From Veleropilina oligotropha (taxonomy: Eukaryota): DNA of 26,973 bases. The notes below the pieces were generated by a model. It worked only from the letters and a program-made list of their open reading frames with translations, had not been told where the DNA came from and did no database searches. Positions 9,802-23,061 of this stretch are shown here, piece after piece. The first letter of the stretch is position 1. Each line of letters starts with the position of its first letter. The translations under genes and the position numbers were made by a program. The stretch lies in contig JBEUKZ010000092.1 of assembly GCA_048128005.1 (NCBI GenBank), positions 310,001 through 336,973 of the forward strand, given 5' to 3'.

Positions 9802-10304
9802 CATTTGAAAGTTCATCCTTGATTTCCCATTGGTGCCCAATAGCAACGATATGTCTAAGATGTACCGTTTGCAAGATATAACGATTTTAAACAATTTCAA
9901 TAATGGCGTTTTAGTCACTTCCTGTTTCTCAAAATTGGAAATATGTTATCAAATGTCTTCAAATTGTCAACTGCACATTATTTCATGTCAAATTTCAAAA
10001 TTAGGTCAATTGCAGCTAAGTAGTTCATCTGAGGTCAAAGGTCAAGGTCATATTTGAAAAGTCACCCATGACTTCCCATAGGTGCTCAATAGTAACTATA
10101 TGAGTAAGGTAAACCATTTAAAAGATTTAGCCACTTTAAACAATTTCAGTAATGCCGTCAGTTAATTCCTCAAAACGAGGATGTTAGATACATTTTTTAA
10201 AACCAAATGAGCTCTAACAAGTACGCATTTGGTATCATAAAAATATCTGAAGTTACATGTGCAATCAGAAGAAATAAAATAAATTTAGAAAAATTGTTTT
10301 GTCA

Positions 10305-10392
10305 TTCTTCACAGGATTTGAACCCTTATATATTGGTTTGGTTGCTAGTCCATTAGTCGTTCGTGAGCACTCTGCCACTCGACCATAAGAAG
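10305..10392 (-). ncRNA. tRNA-derived (Ser-like) head in B units (also 13374-13461, 16379-16466, 21914-22001, 24933-25020)
   Basis: CTTCTTATGGTCGAGTGGCAGAGTGCTCACGAACGACTAATGGACTAGCAACCAAACCAATATATAAGGGTTCAAATCCTGTGAAGAA. A-box TGGTCGAGTGG, B-box GGTTCAAATCC, CTTC/GAAG closing stem. ATGGACTAG resembles the eukaryotic tRNA-Ser(AGA) anticodon arm, and a T5 run follows downstream. Confidence 0.55.
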
Positions 10393-11473
10393 GACTGCAG
10401 AATAGCTCGTTGATTTATCATACTTATAATTAAGTGGCGACATTTTCCGAATTTGTCAATTTCAGCAAAACATCGCCGAAGTTGTCAAACTTAACTTGCG
10501 ATAAATCAATAATTACAGAACGGATTTGCATGAAATTTTCGGGTATTATAGATGTCTTTCTTCTTCCTTATCAACGTAAATTAAGTGACTCTATGTTATG
10601 TAAAAAAAGATTTATAAGAGATATCGCAACGAATCAATTATTTTAACTTCGGAGCAAAAATTATTGCTATAAATTCTCTCTAACACTGAATGTAAATCTA
10701 CAGAGTTGTTAATACTGTCCCTCTCTGTCACTTGTTACACTTTGAGCTGTCTGGTGTCAGTGGTTACCGATTTATGGCCCGTTGTTGCATATTGATTTGT
10801 CAACTTTTTAAAATGCTTCTAAGTTTCACATTTCTCATATTTTAATCTTTTTTTTACTCGTATTTACTTAATAACATCAATGTTGCATATTTACATGAAA
10901 AAAAAGTGAATTTTATTCGATTTGACGAAAATAGGTTTTTACCAAATTCATTGTTAAAGGCCGCCATTATCGGGAATATCTCAAAACGAGGCACTTAAAA
11001 CGATATTTCAGAATCCATCTATTAACAGACTTTAAGTAGATGATAGGCAAAGCATTCTTCCAAGTTTCAGAAAAATTCTTCAGAGACTTTTTTAGCAATG
11101 GGCGCAAACGCAAATTCCAAGATGGCGGCTGACCTAATTGCAAAAGTTATGACTTGGCTTCACAGGGATGACCAGTATATACCTATTAACTTACATATTG
11201 AAGTTCATTGCTCTAGCTGAAGTCTTAACAAAGTTATTAGCAAAATGGCGTTTCTTAAATATTTGCATAAAACAAGATGGCCGCCAAACCGGTGGCGCCA
11301 CCAAACTGAAAAATTTTCAAGCACTACTTCAATACGGTAGGTACATATATGCTAAGTTTCAAGTTCATGCCTTTTATAGTTTTTGAGATTTCGGTGGTAC
11401 AAAATTCGGACAAATAATAAAAAAAAAGGTTTAGCAATAACAATAGGTCTTCAAGCATGAAGCTTGAAGCCCT

Positions 11474-14400
11474 AATTAAATCAGCTTATAGAGTTCCAAG
11501 CTAAAGCCTTTGTTAATGAGCTAAGCAATCCAGTTCAAATTATATCCTGTAAATCCAAGATGGCCACCATATGTGTGACGTCACACATCTGAAATGTTTA
11601 CAGGCATCTATTTAACACCAAATCTACCTACAAATCAAATTTTAACCTTCTATCTATAATATCTTGGAAATCCAAGATGGCCGCCAGACCTGAAGCGCTA
11701 AACAGCTGTATTGTTTTCAGGCTTCTATTAAACACCATATGTACCTAAAATCCAAATTTGAACTTTCTATCTTCAAAATCTTGGAAATTCAAGATGGCTA
11801 CCATACCAGTGACGTCACATATGTGAAATGTTTACAGGCATCTATCTGACTCCAAATATACCTACAAATCAAATTTTAGCCTTCTATCTATAATATCTTG
11901 GAAACCCAAAATGGCCGCCACACCGGAAGTGCTAAACAGCTGTAATGTTTTCCATCTTATATTAAACACCATAGGCACCTATTAACCAAATTTGAACTTT
12001 CTATCTTTAAAATCTTGGAAATTCAAGATGGCCGACAAACCAGTGGCGTCAAACAGCTGAAATGTTAACAGGCATCTATTTAACACCACATCTACCTACA
12101 AATCAAATTTTAACCTTCTATCTATAATATCTTGGAAATCCAAGATGGCCGCCACACCGGAAGTGCTAAACAGCTGTAATGTTTTCAATCTTCTATTAAA
12201 CACCATAGGCACCTATTAACCAAATTTGAACTTTCTATCTTCAAAATCTTGGAAATTCAAGATGGCCGACAAACCAGTGACGTCACACATTTGAAATGTT
12301 TACAGGCATCTATCTAACACCAAATCTACCTACAAATCAAATTTTAACCTTCTATCTATAATATCTTGGAAATCCAAGATGGCCGCCACACCGGAAGTGC
12401 TAAACAGCCGTAATGTTTTCAATCTTCTATTAAACACCATAGGCACCTATTAACCAAATTTGAACTTTCTATCTTCAAAATCTTGGAAATTCAAGATGGC
12501 CGATAAACCAGTGACGTCACACATCTGAAATGTTTACAGGCATCTATTTAACACCAAATCTACCTACAAATCAAATTTTAACCTTCTATCTATAATATCT
12601 TGGAAATCCAAGATGGCCGCCAGACCTGCAGCGCTAAACAGCTGTAATGTTTTCAGGCTTCTATTAAACACCATATGTACCTAAAATCCAAATTTGAACT
12701 TTCCATCTTCAAAATCTTGGAAATTCAAGATGGCTGACAAATCGGTGGCGCCATCTAGTTGAGATTCTTACAGACACCTTTTGCACATGACATATACCTA
12801 CACATCGAATTTTAACTTCCTATCTTCAATATCAAGGATCTAGGTCAACTGAGGTCAAAGGTCAATGCCACATTTGAAAGTTCATCCTTGATTTCCCATT
12901 GGTGCCCAATAGTAACAATATGTCTAAGATGTACCGTTTGCAAGATATAATGATTTTAAACAATTTCAATAATGGCGTTTTAGTCACTTCCTGTTTCTCA
13001 AAATTGGAAATATGTTATTAAATGTCTTCAAATTGTCAACTGCACATTATTTCATGTCAAATTTCAAAATTAGGTCAATTGCAGCTAAGTAGTTCATCTG
13101 AGGTCAAAGGTCAAGGTCATATTTGAAAAGTCACCCATGACTTCCCATAGGTGCTCAATAGTAACTATATGAGTAAGATAAACCATTTAAAAGATTTAGC
13201 CACTTTAAACAATTTCAGTAATGCCGTCAGTTAATTCATCAAAACGAGGATGTTAGATACATTTTTTAAAACCAAATGAGCTCTAACAAGTACGCATTTG
13301 GTATCATAAAAATATCTGAAGTTACATGTGCAATCAGAAGAAATAAAATAAATTTAGAAAAATTATTTTGTCATTCTTCACAGGATTTGAACCCTTATAT
13401 ATTGGTTTGGTTGCTAGTCCATTAGTCGTTCGTGAGCACTCTGCCACTCGACCATAACAAGGACTGCAGATAAGCTCGTTGATTTATCATACTTATAATT
13501 AAGTGGCGACATTTTCCGAATTTGTCAATTTCAGCAAAACATCGCCGAAGTTGTCAAACTTAACTTGCGATAAATCAATAATTACAGAACGGATTTGCAT
13601 GAAATTTTCGGGTATTATAGATTTCTTTCTTCTTCCTTATCAACGTAAATTAAGTGACTCTATGTTATGTAAAAAAAGATTTATAAGAGATATCGCAACG
13701 AATCAATTATTTTAACTTCGGAGCAAAAATTATTGCTATAAATTCTCTCTAACACTGAATGTAAATCTACAGAGTTGTTAATACTGTCCCTCGCTGTCAC
13801 TTGTTACACTTTGAGCTGTCTGGTGTCAGTGGTTACCGATTTATGGCCCGTTGTTGCATATTGATTTGTCAAATTTTTAAAATGCTTCTAAATTTCACAT
13901 TTCTCATATTTTAATCATTTTTTTTACTCGTATTTACTTAATAACATCAATGTTGCATATTTACAAGAAAAAAAAGTGAATTTTGTTCGATTTGACGAAA
14001 ATAGGTTTTTACCAAATTCATTGTTAAAGGCCGCCATTATCGGGAATATCTCAAAACGAGGCACTTAAAACGATATTTCAGAATCCATCTATTAACAGAC
14101 TTTAAGTAGATGATAGGCAAAGCATTCTTCCAAGTTTCAGAAAAATTCTTCAGAGACTTTTTTAGCAATGGGCGCAAACGCAAATTCCAAGATGGCGGCT
14201 GACCTAATTGCAAAAGTTATGACTTGGCTTCACAGGGATGACCAGTATATACCTATTAACTTACATATTGAAGTTCATTGCTCTAGCTGAAGTCTTAACA
14301 AAGTTATTAGCAAAATGGCGTTTCTTAAATATTTGCATAAAACCAGATGGCCGCCAAACCTGTGGCGCCACCAAACTGAAAAATTTTCAAGCACTACTTC

Positions 14401-14541
14401 AATACGGTAGGTACATATATGCTAAGTTTCAAGTTCATGCCTTTTATAGTTTTTGAGATTTCGGTGGTACAAAATTCGGACGAATAATAAAAAAAGGTTT
14501 AGCAATAACAATATGTCTTCAAGCCTGAAGCTTGAAGCCCT
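11474..14541 (-). mobile_element. Unit B2 (3068 bp)
   Basis: Colinear with B1; satellite monomer starts run from 11556 to 12726 (11 monomers). Confidence 0.8.
11556..12839. repeat. 117-bp satellite, 11 monomers
   Basis: (12726-11556)/117 = 10 intervals. Confidence 0.97.
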
Positions 14542-17500
14542 AATTAAATCAGCTTATAGAGCTCCAAGCTACCATACCAGTGACGTCACATATGTGAAAT
14601 GTTTACAGGCATCTATCTAACTCCAAATATACCTACAAATCAAATTTTAGCCTTCTATCTAAAATATCTTGGAAACCCAAAATGGCCGCCACACCGGAAG
14701 TGCTAAACAGCTGTAATGTTTTCCATCTTATATTAAACACCATAGGCACCTATTAACCAAATTTGAACTTTCTATCTTTAAAATCTTGGAAATTCAAGAT
14801 GGCCGACAAACCAGTGGCGTCAAACAGCTGAAATGTTAACAGGCATCTATTTAACACCACATCTACCTACAAATCAAATTTTAACCTTCTATCTATAATA
14901 TCTTGGAAATCAAAGATGGCCGCCACACCGGAAGTGCTAAACAGCTGTAATGTTTTCAATCTTCTATTAAACACCATAGGCACCTATTAACCAAATTTGA
15001 ACTTTCTATCTTCAAAATCTTGGAAATTCAAGATGGCCGACAAACCAGTGACGTCACACATTTGAAATGTCTACAGGCATCTATCTAACACCAAATCTAC
15101 CTACAAATCAAATTTTAACCTTCTATCTATAATATCTTGAAAATCCAAGATGGCCGCCACACCGGAAGTGCTAAACAGCTGTAATGTTTTCAATCTTCTA
15201 TTAAACACCATAGGCACCTATTAACCAAATTTGAACTTTCTATCTTCAAAATCTTGGAAATTCAAGATGGCCGACAAACCAGTGACGTCACACATTTGAA
15301 ATGTTTACAGGCATCTATCTAACACCAAATCTACCTACAAATCAAATTTTAACCTTCTATCTATAATATCTTGGAAATCCAAGATGGCCGCCACACCGGA
15401 AGTGCTAAACAGCCGTAATGTTTTCAATCTTCTACTAAACACCATAGGCACCTATTAACCAAATTTGAACTTTCCATCTTCAAAATCTTGGAAATTCAAG
15501 ATGGCCGATAAACCAGTGACGTCACACAGCTGAAATGTTAACTGGTATCTATTTAACACCACATCTACCTACAAATCAAATTTTAACCTTCTATCTATCA
15601 TATCTTGGAAATCCAAGATGGCCGCCACACCGGAAGTGCTAAACAGCTGTAATGTTTTCAGGTTTCTATTATACACCATATATACCTAAAAACCAAATTT
15701 GAACTTTCCATCTTCAAAATCTTGAAAATTCAAGATGGCCGACAAATCGGTGGCGCCATCTAGTTGAGATTCTTACAGACACCTTTTGCACATGACATAT
15801 ACCTACACATCGAATTTTAACTTCCTATCTTCAATATCAAGGATCTAGGTCAACTGAGGTCAAAGGTCAATGTCACATTTGAAAGTTCATCCTTGATTTC
15901 CCATTGGTGCCCAATAGTAACAATATGTCTAAGATGTACCGTTTGCAAGATATAACGATTTTAAACAATTTCAATAATGGCGTTTTAGTCACTTCCTGTT
16001 TCTCAAAATTGGAAATATGTTATCAAATGTCTTCAAATTGTCAACTGCACATTATTTCATGTCAAATTTCAAAATTAGGTCAATTGCAGCTAAGTAGTTC
16101 ATCTGAGGTCAAAGGTCAAGGTCATATTTGAAAAGTCACCCATGACTTCCCATAGGTGCTCAATAGTAACTATATGAGTAAGATAAACCATTTAAAAGAT
16201 TTAGCCACTTTAAACAATTTCAGTAATGCCGTCAGTTAATTCCTCAAAACGAGGATGTTAGATACATTTTTTAAAACCAAATGAGCTCTAACAAGTACGC
16301 ATTTGGTATCATAAAAATATCTGAAGTTACATGTGCAATCAGAAGAAATAAAATAAATTTAGAAAAATTATTTTGCCATTCTTCACAGGATTTGAACCCT
16401 TATATATTGGTTTGGTTGCTAGTCCATTAGTCGTTCGTGAGCACTCTGCCACTCGACCATAAGAAGGACTGCAGAATAGCTCGTTGATTTATCATACTTA
16501 TAATTAAGTGGCGACATTTTCCGAATTTGTCCATTTCAGCAAAACATCGCCGAAGTTGTCAAACGTAACTTGCGATAAATCAATAATTACTGAACGGATT
16601 TGCATGAAATTTTCGGGTATTATAGATTTCTTTCTTCTTCCTTATCAACGTAAATTAAGTGACTCTATGTTGTGTAAAAAAAGATTTATAAGAGATATCG
16701 CAACGAATCAATTATTTTAACTTCGGAGCAAAAATTATTGCTATAAATTATCTCTAACACTGAATGTAAATCTATAGAGTTGTTAATACTGTCCCTCTCT
16801 GTCACTTGTTACACTTTGAGCTGTCTGGTGTCAGTGGTTACCGATTTATGGCCCGTTGTTGCATATTGATTTGTCAAATTTTTAAAATGCTTCTAAATTT
16901 CACATTTCTCATATTTTAATCATTTTTTTACTCGTATTTACTTAATAACATCAATGGTGCATATTTACAAGAAAAAAAAGTGAATTTTGTTCGATTTGAC
17001 GAAAATTGGTTTTTACCAAATTCATTGTTAAAGGCCGCCATTATCGGGAATATCTCAAAACGAGGCACTTAAAACGATATTTCAGAATCCATCTATTAAC
17101 AGACTTTAAGTAGACGATAGGCAAAGCATTCTTCCAAGTTTCAGAAAAATTCTACAGAGATTTTTTTAGCAATGGGCGCAAACGCAAATTCCAAGATGGC
17201 GGCTGACTTAATTGCAAAAGTTATGACTTGGCTTCACAGGGATGACCAGTATATACCTATTAACTTACATGTTGAAGTTCATTGCTCTAGCTGAAGTCTT
17301 AACAAAGTTATTAGCAAAATGGCGTTTTTTTAAATATTTGCATAAAACCAGATGGCCGCCAAACCGGTGGCGCCACCAAACTGAAAAATTTTCAAGCACT
17401 ACTTCAATACGGTAGGTACATATATGCTAAGTTTCAAGTTCATGCCTTTTATAGTTTTTGAGATTTCGGTGGTACAAAATTAAGACAAATAATAATAATA

Positions 17501-17555
17501 AAAAGAAAAGGTTTAGCAATAACAATAGGTCTTCAAGCCTGAAGCTTGAAGCCCT
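14542..17555 (-). mobile_element. Unit B3 (3014 bp), with a 297-bp deletion at ~14571 and one extra dimer
   Basis: The junction ccaaGCTAccatacc fuses the unit start to the third monomer. Confidence 0.8.
14568..15844. repeat. 117-bp satellite, 1 nearly full plus 10 monomers
   Basis: Monomer starts run from 14678 to 15731 (9 intervals), preceded by a truncated first monomer. Confidence 0.97.
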
Positions 17556-20247
17556 AATTAAAGCTGCAAGCAGCTGTGAGGGCTTCAAGTCCGAACCGTG
17601 GTGGCTGCAGTAGTTGCAATCGAACCCCATACTTGACATTCATGTCCAATGTGCTTTACCTATACCACAGTGGCACTGATGTGAAAAACTCGCCTGCAAG
17701 GTCAATATTTAACATATACGTCATATATAGGTCAAAAGTTCATCGGAAGTCAAAGGTCAAGGTCACATTTGAAAGATTGCCCATGACCTCATATAGGCTC
17801 CCTATGGTAACTAGTGTCTACAGTGCATAATTTGCGAGATATTGCTTGTGTAAACAAATCATGTAATGGCCACCCTGGCAATTCTAGTTTTCGGAAATTG
17901 GTCAAATGCGCCAAAAGGTCTTCAATGTACCTACTTTTGCAAATAGACATGTCTTTATCCATTTTGTATTAATTTTAGTATCATTAAGTATCATAACTCT
18001 ACGTCGATTTCCTTAAATCCAGGATGGTGGATGACCTACTTGACCGATCTGATCAAAATTTGTTTCTATAGCAAGGGCTTCCATATATACACACCTATAT
18101 ATGATATATCATTATTCTAGTCACAAAGCTTTTTGAGATATTGCCATTTAAGAATTAAAATCACCGACAATATCGAAAATATCTCAAAACGAGGCGCTTT
18201 AAACGATTTTAAGAACCCATCTTTTTACAGTATTTAAGTAGTTGATAGATGAAGCATTCTTCCAATTTTCAGAAAAATTCATCAGAGATATGGAGATATC
18301 TCGAGAACTACACTGGGTAGAAGTCTGAAATTTGCGGCTTGCGATTCAGAGTCGTTATATGTATATAATAAAAAAAATGATTTTGATTTTTAAAGAAAAT
18401 TAAATAAAATTTATTTTATTTCTTTATTTTATTATTTCATGATGAACATATGGCCACTCTGAATCGAATGCCGCAAATTTCAAATTTCTACACCGCTTAG
18501 TTCTCGAGATATGGCCATTTGAATATTAATGCGGCGGCCATTTTGTTTTTTTCCCAAAAAATATTTGACCTAATTTAAAATATCTAAGCTCTAGGACCAG
18601 TCTTAACCTAGTTATCCCCTTTATGACCATTTTATATCGTCCAAATAGGCATTTTACCTTAAATAGGTCACCTGCGGTCAAAGGTCAAAGTGGATTTGGA
18701 ATACCCACCCATGACTTCCCATAGGCTCCCTATAGTAACCATGTCTCTAGCTACAATATTATTGAAGATATTAGCTGTTAAAGAATTTTGAAAATTCAAT
18801 GAAAGATGGCGGATGACCTAATTAATCGATCTGGCCAAGATTGGTTTCTATAGTAAGGGCATCGGCATATGCACCTAAATATGAAATATCGTTACTCTAG
18901 CTGCAGCAGTTTTTGAGATATTGCCATTTAAAAATCACAAAATATATTTTTGCCTTATCGAGATTCGAACCCAGGTCCTCTCAATTGGGAGTCTAGAACG
19001 ATACCACTGCTCCACGAGTGCGCTCATTAAATTGACCTCAAAATAACACCATCTAGTGACATGCTACACAAACATTTGTAAAAATGCATAAAATCACAAA
19101 AATATATTATTGACATATCGTGATTCGAACCCAGGTCCTCCCAATTGAGAGTCTAGAACGCTACCACTGCGCCACGAGTGAGCTCATTAAATTGACCTCA
19201 AAATAACTACATATGCTTTCACTACGATAATTGCAACCGGGCACTTCGCGATGATGCGCATTGTTTAACTCGCTCCAACTTTGGAAATACGTAACATAAT
19301 TTCTTCAAATTTTTAGTATATGTAGTGTATTGGCATCTTACTTGATGGTGGAAATTTCGAATAGTTAGATAACTTGGTTAAAGAGATATTAAGAATGTCG
19401 CAAAGAGGCGACTTTACAAACTTTGGATGGAAAAACAATGCTATGAAGTTGCTGGAACACCATACATATCAGCGATAAAGTTGTTCATATTGACCTGCTC
19501 TATTAGTATGCCAAATTTGAGTGATGCGCTTCATGTATTATTGGAGTTAGTGCCCCTGAGAGAGGATTTCAAATGTAATCATTTTGAATTGTTGCAAACT
19601 TCACTTTTCGAATATTTTAATCATTTTTTTTACTCGTATTTACTTAATAACATCAATGTTGCATATTTAAGAAAAAAAAGTGAATTTTGTTCGATTTGAC
19701 GAAAATAGATTTTTACCAAATTCATTGTTAAAGGCCGCCATTATCGGGAATATCTCAAAACGAGGCACTTAAAACGATATTTCAGAATCCATCTATTAAC
19801 AGACTTTAAGTAGATGATAGGCAAAGCATTCTTCCAAGTTTCAGAAAAATTCTTCAGAGACTTTTTTAGCAATGGGCGCAAACGCAAATTCCAAGATGGC
19901 GGCTGACCTAATTGCAATAGTTATGACTTGGCTTCACAGGGATGACCAGTATATACCTATTAACTTACATATTGAAGTTCATTGCTCTAGCTGAAGTCTT
20001 AACAAAGTTATTAGAAAAATGGCGTTTCTTAAATATTTGCATAAAACAAGATGGCCGCCAAACCGGTGGCGCCACCAAACTGAAAAATTTTCAAGCACTA
20101 CTTCAATACGGTAGGTACATATATGCTAAGTTTCAAGTTCATGCCTTTTATAGTTTTTGAGATTTCGGTGGTACAAAATTCGGACAAATAATAAAAAAAA
20201 AGGTTTAGCAATAACAATAGGTCTTCAAGCATGAAGCTTGAAGCCCT
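17556..20247 (-). mobile_element. Unit A2, complete HINE-like element (2692 bp)
   Basis: Near-identical to 5713-8404; begins aattaaagctgcaagcagctgtgagggcttcaag. Confidence 0.85.
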
Positions 20248-23061
20248 AATTAAATCAGCTTATAGAGTTCCAAGCTAAAGCCTTTGTTAATGAGCTAAGC
20301 AATCCAGTTCAAATTATATCCTGTAAATCCAAGATGGCCACCATATGTTTGACGTCACACATCTGAAATGTTTACAGGCATCTATTTAACACCAAATCTA
20401 CCTACAAATCAAATTTTAACCTTCTATCTATAATATCTTGGAAATCCAAGATGGCCGCCAGACCTGAAGCGCTAAACAGCTGTAATGTTTTCAGGCTTCT
20501 ATTAAACACCATATGTACCTAAAATCCAAATTTGAACTTTCCATCTTCAAAATCTTGGAAATTCAAGATGGCTACCATACCAGTGACGTCACATATGTGA
20601 AATGTTAACAGGCATCTATTTAACACCACATCTACCTACAAATCAAATTTTAACCTTCTATCTATAATATCTTGGAAATCCAAGATGGCCGCCACACCGG
20701 AAGTGCTAAACAGCTGTAATGTTTTCAATCTTCTATTAAACACCATAGGCACCTATTAACCAAATTTGAACTTTCTATCTTCAAAATCTTGGAAATTCAA
20801 GATGGCCGACAAACCAGTGACGTCACACATTTGAAATGTTTACAGGCATCTATCTAACACAAAATCTACCTACAAATCAAATTTTAACCTTCTATCTATA
20901 ATATCTTGGAAATCCAAGATGGCCGCCACACCGGAAGTGCTAAACAGCCGTAATGTTTTCAATCTTCTATTAAACACCATAGGCACCTATTAACCAAATT
21001 TGAACTTTCTATCTTCAAAATCTTGGAAATTCAAGATGGCCGATAAACCAGTGACGTCACACAGCTGAAATGTTAACTGGTATCTATTTAACACCACATC
21101 TACCTATAAATCAAATTTTAACCTTATATCTATCATATCTTGGAAATCCAAGATGGCCGCCACACCGGAAGTGCTAAACAGCTGTAATGTTTTCAGGTTT
21201 CTATTATACACCATATATACCTAAAAACCAAATTTGAACTTTCCATCTTCAAAATCTTGAAAATTCAAGATGGACGACAAATCGGTGGCGCCATCTAGTT
21301 GAGATTCTTACAGACACCTTTTGCACATGACATATACCTACACATCGAATTTTAACTTCCTATCTTCAATATCAAGGATCTAGGTCAACTGAGGTCAAAG
21401 GTCAATGTCACATTTGAAAGTTCATCCTTGATTTCCCATTGGTGCCCAATAGTAACAATATGTCTAAGATGTACCGTTTGCAAGATATAACGATTTTAAA
21501 CAATTTCAATAATGGCGTTTTAGTCACTTCCTGTTTCTCAAAATTGGAAATATGTTATCAAATGTCTTCAAATTGTCAACTGCACATTATTTCATGTCAA
21601 ATTTCAAAATTAGGTCAATTGCAGCTAAGTAGTTCATTTGAGGTCAAAGGTCAAGGTCATATTTGAAAAGTCACCCATGACTTCCCATAGGTGCTCAATA
21701 GTAACTATATGAGTAAGATAAACCATTTAAAAGATTTAGCCACTTTTAACAATTTCAGTAATGGCGTCAGTTAATTCCTCAAAACTAGGATGTTAGATAC
21801 ATTTTTTTAAACCAAATGAGCTCTAACAAGTACGCATTTGGTATCATAAAAATATCTGAAGTTACATGTGCAATCAGAAGAAATAAAATAAATTTAGAAA
21901 AATTATTTTGTCAATCTTCACAGGATTTGAACCCTTATATATTGGTTTGGTTGCTAGTCCATTAGTCGTTCGTGAGCACTCTGCCACTCGACCATAAGAA
22001 GGACTGCAGAATAGCTCGTTGATTTATCATAATTATAATTAAGTGGCGACATTTTCCGAATTTGTCAATTTCAGCAAAACATCGCCGAAGTTGTCAAACT
22101 TAACTTGCGATAAATCAATAATTACTGAACGGATTTGCATGAAATTTTCGGGTATTATAGATTTCTTGCTTCTTCCTTATCAATGTAAATTAAGTGACTC
22201 TATGTTATGTAAAAAAATATTTATAAGAGATATCGCAACGAATCAATTATTTTAACTTCGGAGCAAAAATTATTGCTATAAATTCTCTCTAACACTGAAT
22301 GTAAATCTACAGAGTTGTTAATACTGTCCCTCTCTGTCACTTGTTACACTTTGAGCTGTCTGGTGTCAGTGGTTACCGATTTATGGCCCGTTGTTGCATA
22401 TTGATTTGTCAAATTTTTAAAATGCTTCTAAATTTCACATTTCTCATATTTTAATCATTTTTTTTACTCGTATTTACTTAATAACATCAATGTTGCATAT
22501 TTACATGAAAAAAAAGTGAATTTTATTCGATTTGACGAAAATATGTTTTTACCAAATTCATTGTTAAAGGCCGCCATTATCGGGAATATCTCAAAACGAG
22601 GCACTTAAAACGATATTTCAGAATCCATCTATTAACAGACTTTAAGTAGATGATAGGCAAAGCATTCTTCCAAGTTTCAGAAAAATTCTTCAGAGACTTT
22701 TTTAGCAATGGGCGCAAACGCAAATTCCAAGATGGCGGCTGACCTAATTGCAAAAGTTATGACTTGGCTTCACAGGGATGACATATTGAAGTTCATTGCT
22801 CTAGCTGAAGTCTTAACAAAGTTATTAGCAAAATGGCGTTTCTTAAATATTTGCATAAAACAAGATGGCCGCCAAACCGGTGGCGCCACCAAACTGAAAA
22901 ATTTTCAAGCACTACTTCAATACGGTAGGTACATATATGCTAAGTTTCAAGTTCATGCCTTTTATAGTTTTTGAGATTTCGGTGGTACAAAATTCGGACA
23001 AATAATAAAAAAAAAGGTTTAGCAATAACAATAGGTCTTCAAGCATGAAGCTTGAAGCCCT
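20248..23061 (-). mobile_element. Unit B4 (2814 bp), one dimer shorter and with a 22-bp deletion near 22782
   Basis: Nine monomers; the junction gggatgAC-atattg marks the deletion relative to other copies. Confidence 0.8.
20330..21379. repeat. 117-bp satellite, 9 monomers
   Basis: (21266-20330)/117 = 8 intervals. Confidence 0.97.

Larger units (their letters stand above)
8405..11473 (-). mobile_element. Unit B1 (3069 bp), satellite-bearing HINE-like unit lacking the canonical 3' end
   Basis: Starts aattaaatcagcttatagagttccaagct, contains 11 x 117-bp monomers and ends in the shared terminal segment. Confidence 0.8.

Noticed and set aside
7767..11473. LTR/TRIM interpretation of the ~640-bp direct repeats
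   Set aside because: There are no TG...CA ends, PBS/PPT or TSD, and no copy at the left boundary of the array. The ends fit the Helentron subTIR/hairpin layout instead.
5733..22974. Recurrent short ORFs in the array (MRASSPNRGG..., MEKQCYEV..., MTSIYLLT..., MVPNSN..., MATFSEFV...)
   Set aside because: They recur only because the DNA is repeated. They have no recognisable domain, several start at GTG, and copies are broken by indels or stops (e.g. the stop near 13019, frameshift near 25165, deletion near 24594).
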